NCBI GenBank assembly: GCA_963796965.1
Contig: CAWCNS010000009.1
Span: 128,001 to 192,000, forward strand
DNA length: 64,000 bases
Reading direction: 5' to 3'
Source: Calditrichia bacterium
Lineage (GTDB): Bacteria; Calditrichota; Calditrichia; JAJRVZ01
Below the pieces are notes generated by a model. It was not told the DNA's origin, ran no database searches, and saw only the letters and a program-made list of their open reading frames with translations. Within the stretch, counting starts at the first letter, position 1. Each line of letters begins with the position of its first letter. The position numbers and the translations under genes are program-made. Below, piece after piece: positions 58,688 through 64,000 of this stretch.

Positions 58688-60001
58688 TTAATGTAGGTAA
58701 GGCTTTGCCAATTGGGGAAATATGTATTCAAGATGAATAATTCGCCATCCATAGGCCGTATGCTTAAGCGTTGCATCAAATATGGTATTTCTTAGCATGG
58801 CAATCTCATCAAAATTGATCTTCACATTGACATAAGACTGGTTGAAGTAAATATCTTTCAATCGCAAAAACCCATTCTCTGCAACTTTTTCAACTTTAAA
58901 AAAGCCATCTACAATTTGATCATCAGCCTCATTTGCCTCAAGAATGCCACTTATCAGTGAATTCTTCTCAAAATATTTTCGCATAGCGCTTAAACTATTC
59001 TCAATAACAGATATGTTTTTTATAAATGAGGTATCAAAGAAACTTTTGATTTCGGCATTGTGGGTGATCTCTAACCACACAAAAAATTGCTCAAACGTTG
59101 TTCGGACCTGATCACAGCTGATATCGTTTTCCAGAGCAATCTCTCTTAAAAGCCAGAACAGAAAAAACTCTTCCAAATCTTCTTTTGTAAAATCATCAAA
59201 TTGTAAAATACCTGCATATGAATCACAATAATCACGAAAATAGTGGAGAAGTTTACGATTAACCCCGAGCAAATTTGAATTCTGGTTCAAATAATCCTGG
59301 ATAAGATTCGCAATGGTGTAACTCCCATATTTCCACTCTTCTTTATCTTCATTTTCTTCATAGGCAGCAGCAGGTGTATCATCCCAATCCTGCTCGGATT
59401 CAGTTATAATATTCTGAAAAAGATCAACAGCTGGTTCTTTGGGATGATTGAGCAATGCTTGTCCCCGTGTTTCTATAAATTTTTCGAGAAGCACGGTAAT
59501 AAAATCTGCAAATTCCATCAACCCAATATCCGCATCATCAAGGTCAAGACCAATTTCATAGTTATAAAAATCAAACAGCGTATCCATAACAACATAGTTT
59601 AGAATATCCGTAAGAAGAAACTGCTTTTTGGATAAATCCTCACCATTCATAATCTGAATAATATTAAGATGGGTGGCATCAATTTCAGTTTCTTCCGGAT
59701 TAACCATTTCATTCAATTTAGTCGGACAAGAAAGTGCACAATCACCAAAACAGTTGTTTTCTAAAAATGATTCAAAACTATCGCCGACATTAAAAGAGAG
59801 GGTTGCGATCTCTTCCGGATCAATTCGCAGGTGTGCACTGGGAGTTTCTTTTTTAAAAAACTGATGCTCGATTTCATAGCCGATGTAGTTGATAAGCAAA
59901 TAGGTAAAATAATCGAGGTTGTTGAGCTCGTAGATTTCCTTCTCCCATGAGGAGACGAATTCGTTTACAGAAATATATGTTTTTTCGAAATGTTCTGACA
60001 A
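58688..60001 (-). CDS. Hypothetical acidic protein, 437 aa
   Basis: Long intact ORF with TTG start, CFGDCALSCP motif and an upstream sigma70-like promoter; no family recognised. Confidence 0.75.
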   Translation of the reverse strand: MSEHFEKTYISVNEFVSSWEKEIYELNNLDYFTYLLINYIGYEIEHQFFKKETPSAHLRIDPEEIATLSFNVGDSFESFLENNCFGDCALSCPTKLNEMVNPEETEIDATHLNIIQIMNGEDLSKKQFLLTDILNYVVMDTLFDFYNYEIGLDLDDADIGLMEFADFITVLLEKFIETRGQALLNHPKEPAVDLFQNIITESEQDWDDTPAAAYEENEDKEEWKYGSYTIANLIQDYLNQNSNLLGVNRKLLHYFRDYCDSYAGILQFDDFTKEDLEEFFLFWLLREIALENDISCDQVRTTFEQFFVWLEITHNAEIKSFFDTSFIKNISVIENSLSAMRKYFEKNSLISGILEANEADDQIVDGFFKVEKVAENGFLRLKDIYFNQSYVNVKINFDEIAMLRNTIFDATLKHTAYGWRIIHLEYIFPQLAKPYLH

Positions 60002-60024
60002 ATTGTACTCTGTTTTTTTGTGTA

Positions 60025-60053
60025 AATTTACTATGACCCTTAGAACCTGTCAA
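60025..60053 (-). promoter_or_regulatory. Sigma70-type promoter
   Basis: TTGACA-17 nt-TAAATT about 24 nt upstream of the 58688..60001 start. Confidence 0.6.
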
Positions 60054-60221
60054 GGAGATTAATTTTTAATCAACCCAACTTCTTCATATTATTGTATCTA
60101 CTATAATGAATAACTAAACCATCTTCAAATTTGTTTCCATTTTTTTAGCCAATTTCGCCAATTTATAAATTGTTTTAATGTACTGTCTATGGTTTGTGCT
60201 TATATTATCGGCAGAACTAAC

Positions 60222-60290
60222 AAGTGACTTAAACGAACTTAAGTAAACTAAAGTTCAGTGTCAAAAGTGTCTAAAGTGTCTAAAGTGAAA
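60222..60290. repeat. Left arm of 9-10 nt tandem repeats (CTAAAGTG)
   Basis: aagtgacttaaacgaacttaagtaaactaaagt...aagtgtctaaagtgtctaaagtgaa. Confidence 0.75.
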
Positions 60291-60305
60291 AAAATTATAT
60301 AGTGA

Positions 60306-60668
60306 ATGGATAATAAAGAATTTGCCAGGGTTTTAGAGAAAAGAACGTTGACCTTTGCTGTGAATGTGATTCGTTTATCTGTAAAATTGCCCAACTCACC
60401 AGAAGGACGGGTCATAAAAAATCAACTGACTAAATCCGGAACGTCAATTGGTGCAAATTATCGTGAAGCAAACAGAGCCCGCAGCCGTGCAGATTTTTTA
60501 AATAAAGTTAGAATCTGTGAAAGTGAGGCCAGTGAAACACAATACTGGCTGGATGTTATAACTGAATCTCAATTACTTCAACCTAATTTATTAGAAGAAG
60601 TAAGCAAGGAATGTAATGAACTTTTAGCCCTATTTACATCAATTAGCCATAAACTAAAAAACAAATAA
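60306..60668 (+). CDS. Four helix bundle protein (23S rRNA IVS protein/Avd-like family)
   Basis: LEKRTLTFA...QLTKSGTSIGANYREANRARSRADF..K..I...EASETQYWL. Confidence 0.92.
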   Translation: MDNKEFARVLEKRTLTFAVNVIRLSVKLPNSPEGRVIKNQLTKSGTSIGANYREANRARSRADFLNKVRICESEASETQYWLDVITESQLLQPNLLEEVSKECNELLALFTSISHKLKNK

Positions 60669-60680
60669 CGCTATTTTCTG

Positions 60681-60842
60681 TTCACTCAAGATCACCTTAG
60701 TCACTTTGATAACTTTAATTCACTTAAGTCACTTTAGTCACTTGAGTTCACTTTAGTTCACTTTAGATCACTTTAGTCACTTTAGTTCACTTTAGATCAC
60801 TTTAGTCACTTAAGATCACTTAAGATCACTTAAGTCACTTTT
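60681..60842. repeat. Right arm of 9-10 nt tandem repeats (CACTTTAGT), inverted relative to the left arm
   Basis: About 16 copies of TCACTT(T/A)AG(T/AT/TT). Confidence 0.85.
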
Positions 60843-60847
60843 TAACT

Positions 60848-61477
60848 ATGTATAAAAGTAAAAAAATCTGGTTAATACTTCTCAGTTTATTTATCCTTCT
60901 TTTTGGGGGTATGGCAGGGATTTACTTTTTGGTGGTAGGTATCTATGGCTCGGAGACCATCACCTCCAACAAAGATGCCCAAAAAATGTTAGAATGGGAA
61001 ATAGCTGATCCCTATCTATCTCCTGAAGATGGTCTCCTTACCCAAAACCAACTCAATCGATTTTTAAATGTTAACCGTGAGCTCTCCAACTTTGTCTTTA
61101 AAGTCAGACAACAATTTGAGGAGAACCGCTGGCAGATTGCATTTGATATTATCAGGATGCGGCCGGAGTGGATTGCGGTTAAATTTAAAGCGCTTGAAAA
61201 ATGTAAACTTTCCCCAAAGGAATATGACTGGATTGCAGATCGTGTTATTGATTTCTGGGTTTATCGCTGGAAAGAAGAATCAATTGAACGTCTGAAAGAC
61301 TATGGCTGGGAATTTGATGAGAATGGAAGCAATTTAACCAAAAAACCGATCAACTATGAACTTTTATTGGTGCACGAAGAAGAGTTAAACCTTATTTTTG
61401 ATATCCTTTGGCCGGAAAAACCCACAAGAACTACTTCACCACAAGATTCCTCAATAATGTCTACCCAGGAAGAATAA
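60848..61477 (+). CDS. Hypothetical membrane-anchored protein
   Basis: N-terminal TM helix, intact 209-aa ORF. Confidence 0.7.
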   Translation: MYKSKKIWLILLSLFILLFGGMAGIYFLVVGIYGSETITSNKDAQKMLEWEIADPYLSPEDGLLTQNQLNRFLNVNRELSNFVFKVRQQFEENRWQIAFDIIRMRPEWIAVKFKALEKCKLSPKEYDWIADRVIDFWVYRWKEESIERLKDYGWEFDENGSNLTKKPINYELLLVHEEELNLIFDILWPEKPTRTTSPQDSSIMSTQEE

Positions 61478-61569
61478 GACCAGTCCACGAATTTTTTTCT
61501 GTCGCAGAGTTATTTCACGCAGACTGATATTTTAGATTTAGAAAACTAAGACACCTCAAATACCCCTAG

Positions 61570-61900
61570 TACGCAAAGGAGCAAAGAAAAAGTAGGGTAG
61601 ATCTAATTCATCAAAGTTATCTATATCATAAACCGAGATAAAAAAAATAGAAAAAATCTTTTCTTAGTCATCTTTGTGCCTGCTTTGTGCCCTTTGTGTT
61701 TATCTTTTCTTTCACACAGAGACGCAGAGCCGCAGAGAAAAACTTTTTTTAGGGTTTTAGATATTGATTCCTCAAATTCATAGATTAAATCTAATATCTA
61801 TACAAACCGAGATAAAAAAAATAGAAAAAATCTTTTCTTTGAGATACTTTGTGGCTACTTTGTGTGCTTTGTGTTTATCTTTTTTCACACAGAGACGCAG
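61570..61900. mobile_element. Two tandem MITE-like elements (CACAAAG/CGCAGAG family) plus the start of a third
   Basis: Duplicated interior aaaccgagataaaaaaaatagaaaaaatcttttctt; arms cgcagag.. and ctttgtg..ctttgtgttt; cacacagagacgcag occurs twice. Confidence 0.75.
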
Positions 61901-61933
61901 CATTTTATCCACTCGTTATCCGTCTTTGCCGGA

Positions 61934-63112
61934 CTAGTCTGTTACCTCCCGGAAAACCCGCATAAAATTACCACCTAATATTTTCCGGATCCTCTCCTCA
62001 CTGTACCCCCGTTCAACCATTACACGTGTTACTTCCGGCATATCACTCGTATCATCAATACCCTTTGGTGTTATACTTATTCCATCAAAATCAGAACCGA
62101 TACCAACATGATCTTCACCAACAAGAGAGATGATGTAATCCATATGATCCACGATCCGGCTTACATCGGGTCTGAATGATTCCGTTTTATCCCTGTAAAA
62201 ATCGGCCCGGAATGCCCTGTAGGCAAGATAATTATTACTTTTCGCTTGTTTTATGGAGTCTAAATATGTTTTGGATGATTCCTGGATTTGTGTGTATTTC
62301 GTATCAAAACCATTTTTTAAATAACCGGGATAAAAATTGATAAATATTACACCGCCATTCTCTCCAAGGGCTTTGATCTGATCATCTTTTAAATTGCGAT
62401 AATGCCAGCATAATTTATGGGCACAGGAATGAGAGGCAATGATCGGCTTTTTTGTTGTCTTGATCACATCCCAGAAAGTTTTTTCCCCGCTATGTGACAC
62501 ATCTACAATCATACCCAGACGATTCAATTCCCTTATAACGTCCTTGCCAAATTCGGTTAATCCTTTATGGCCTTCAAATTCAGGAGAGGTCTCATCTTTG
62601 GCGCAACTGGCCCAGTCCGGACTATCATTCCAGGTTAAACCGAGATATCGAACACCACGATCATAAAATTCTTTTAGCTTATTCAAGTCATTATCAATAG
62701 CCGTACCCCCTTCCAGACCAATACAAGCAGCAATTTTATTATCCTTTACAGCACGCTCAATTTCAGCAGGGGTTCGTGTCAGCGTAATTTTATCAGGATT
62801 ATTAGCAAGTACCCTGTCAAGCAGGTTAAGCATGTATTTTGACTGGTCGTACATGCTCATGTCATCTTTAGAATAAGGATTAGGCCATACAGCAAAAAAC
62901 TGTACATCTACCCCACCCTCTTTTAACCGCACCAGATCCACATGCCCATAATCTAATCTTTTAGAAATATCAGCACCACGATTAACCTGTAAGAGAACAT
63001 CGGCATGGGTATCGACCACGAGGGATTTTTCATGTAGTAATTTGTAGTCCGATTGGGCTGCTACTTGTGCAATCATCCAAGATAATAATAGAATAATTAA
63101 TTTTAGACGCAT
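61934..63112 (-). CDS. Membrane dipeptidase (peptidase M19), secreted
   Basis: DTHAD, GLEGG, GVRYLGLTWN, DVSH, ASHS, RNLKDDQ, GIGSDFDG; RBS AGGAG before ATG 63112. Confidence 0.93.
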   Translation of the reverse strand: MRLKLIILLLSWMIAQVAAQSDYKLLHEKSLVVDTHADVLLQVNRGADISKRLDYGHVDLVRLKEGGVDVQFFAVWPNPYSKDDMSMYDQSKYMLNLLDRVLANNPDKITLTRTPAEIERAVKDNKIAACIGLEGGTAIDNDLNKLKEFYDRGVRYLGLTWNDSPDWASCAKDETSPEFEGHKGLTEFGKDVIRELNRLGMIVDVSHSGEKTFWDVIKTTKKPIIASHSCAHKLCWHYRNLKDDQIKALGENGGVIFINFYPGYLKNGFDTKYTQIQESSKTYLDSIKQAKSNNYLAYRAFRADFYRDKTESFRPDVSRIVDHMDYIISLVGEDHVGIGSDFDGISITPKGIDDTSDMPEVTRVMVERGYSEERIRKILGGNFMRVFREVTD

Positions 63113-63220
63113 TAAATAAACTCCTGTTTTCAACCCACTCCGCCCCGTTTCCAGGCTGTTGCAAATTAGATAATTATAACAAAAATATGGGATTATCTAT
63201 TCAAGTAAGCAAAATATAAT

Positions 63221-63342
63221 TCCCCCTTTGAAGGGGGTTAGTTGCCCGTAAGACTGTATTTATCAACTGCAACTTTCCAAGAGGGGAAATCCCGTCATAC
63301 GGGACTTCACCAAGTTTTGCATTCAGGAGGGACAGGGTAGGC
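63221..63342. repeat. Composite REP-like palindromes
   Basis: tccccctttgaagggggtta; tcccgtcatacgggac; caggagggacagggtagg. Confidence 0.55.
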
Positions 63343-64000
63343 TTACTCCGTCAGATCCAGAGCCTCTTCCAGTTTTTGTTTTTCATACAACTCACTATAG
63401 GTACCACCCAGGGAGAGTAGCTCGTCATGCGTCCCTTCTTCTATAATTTCGCCCTTTTCCAATACAATAATTTTATCTGCATGCATGATTGCGGAGATTC
63501 GGTGCGAAACCCAGATACAGGTCCGGCCTTTCATTATATCACGGAGTTGATCCAAGATTTTCTCCTCCGTAATCGTATCAACAGCAGAAAGGGCATCATC
63601 TAAAAGTAATATTTTAGGATGTTTTATGATCGCTCTCGCAATGGAAACGCGCTGTTTCTGTCCACCGGAAAGATTTATACCTCTCTCCCCAAGCACAGTA
63701 TCATAAGAATCGGGGAACTCAATGATGGAATCATGTATTTGGGCTACTTCCGCAGATTCCTCTACCAGACTTTGCTCCAGGTCCCCTACACCCAATCTAA
63801 TATTTTCACCAATAGTATCTGAGAATAAAAATGTTTCCTGAGGAATATATCCCAAACTTTTCCTTAGAGTTGCCAGCGGGATACGGCGGATATCTATATC
63901 ATCGATCAGGATAGTGTTTACCGGAGGGTCATAGGTTCGTGTAAGCAGATTAATGAGCGTAGATTTACCACTACCTGTTCGTCCAACCACAGCCAGAATA
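63343..64000 (-). CDS. ABC exporter ATP-binding/permease protein (MsbA/MdlA-like), C-terminal part
   Basis: GRTGSGKST, PQETFLFSDTI, LSGGQKQR, LLLDDALSAVD, VSHR. Confidence 0.93.
   Translation of the reverse strand, partial: ILAVVGRTGSGKSTLINLLTRTYDPPVNTILIDDIDIRRIPLATLRKSLGYIPQETFLFSDTIGENIRLGVGDLEQSLVEESAEVAQIHDSIIEFPDSYDTVLGERGINLSGGQKQRVSIARAIIKHPKILLLDDALSAVDTITEEKILDQLRDIMKGRTCIWVSHRISAIMHADKIIVLEKGEIIEEGTHDELLSLGGTYSELYEKQKLEEALDLTE

Noticed and set aside
60306..60668. Diversity-generating retroelement or 23S rRNA intervening sequence
   Set aside because: No reverse transcriptase, template/variable repeat pair or rRNA sequence in the window.

Overview
AT-rich bacterial chromosomal window, most consistent with a Calditrichota/FCB-type heterotroph (C-terminal sorting-domain proteins, hybrid two-component systems); taxonomy is inferred, not verified. 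Many genes carry small frameshifts, probably long-read assembly errors. Left to right: two mirror-image cassettes of hybrid two-component regulator plus secreted beta-helix protein, flanking a tRNA-Asp locus; a Phd-VapC toxin-antitoxin pair; a sugar-utilisation cluster (HGSNAT-like, DUF1080, GH2, SSS transporter, GxGYxYP, GH78, AGE epimerase, Gfo/Idh/MocA, MFS); a TetR-TolC-MFP-RND efflux operon; DUF1684; M16 peptidase; atypical transketolase plus apgM; nuclease-DinG helicase; nifJ plus DHOD-like gene; a four-helix-bundle gene; a dipeptidase; a partial ABC transporter. The most striking structure is at 5.7-7.0 kb: one near-canonical tRNA-Asp lies among five tRNA-derived copies, all with the T-arm replaced at the same position by small GC-rich hairpins, interleaved with two tandem 80-aa GIY-YIG nuclease genes. 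Similar micro-hairpins are nested inside other palindromic repeats across the window. Several families of short tandem inverted-repeat elements also occur, one enclosing the four-helix-bundle gene.
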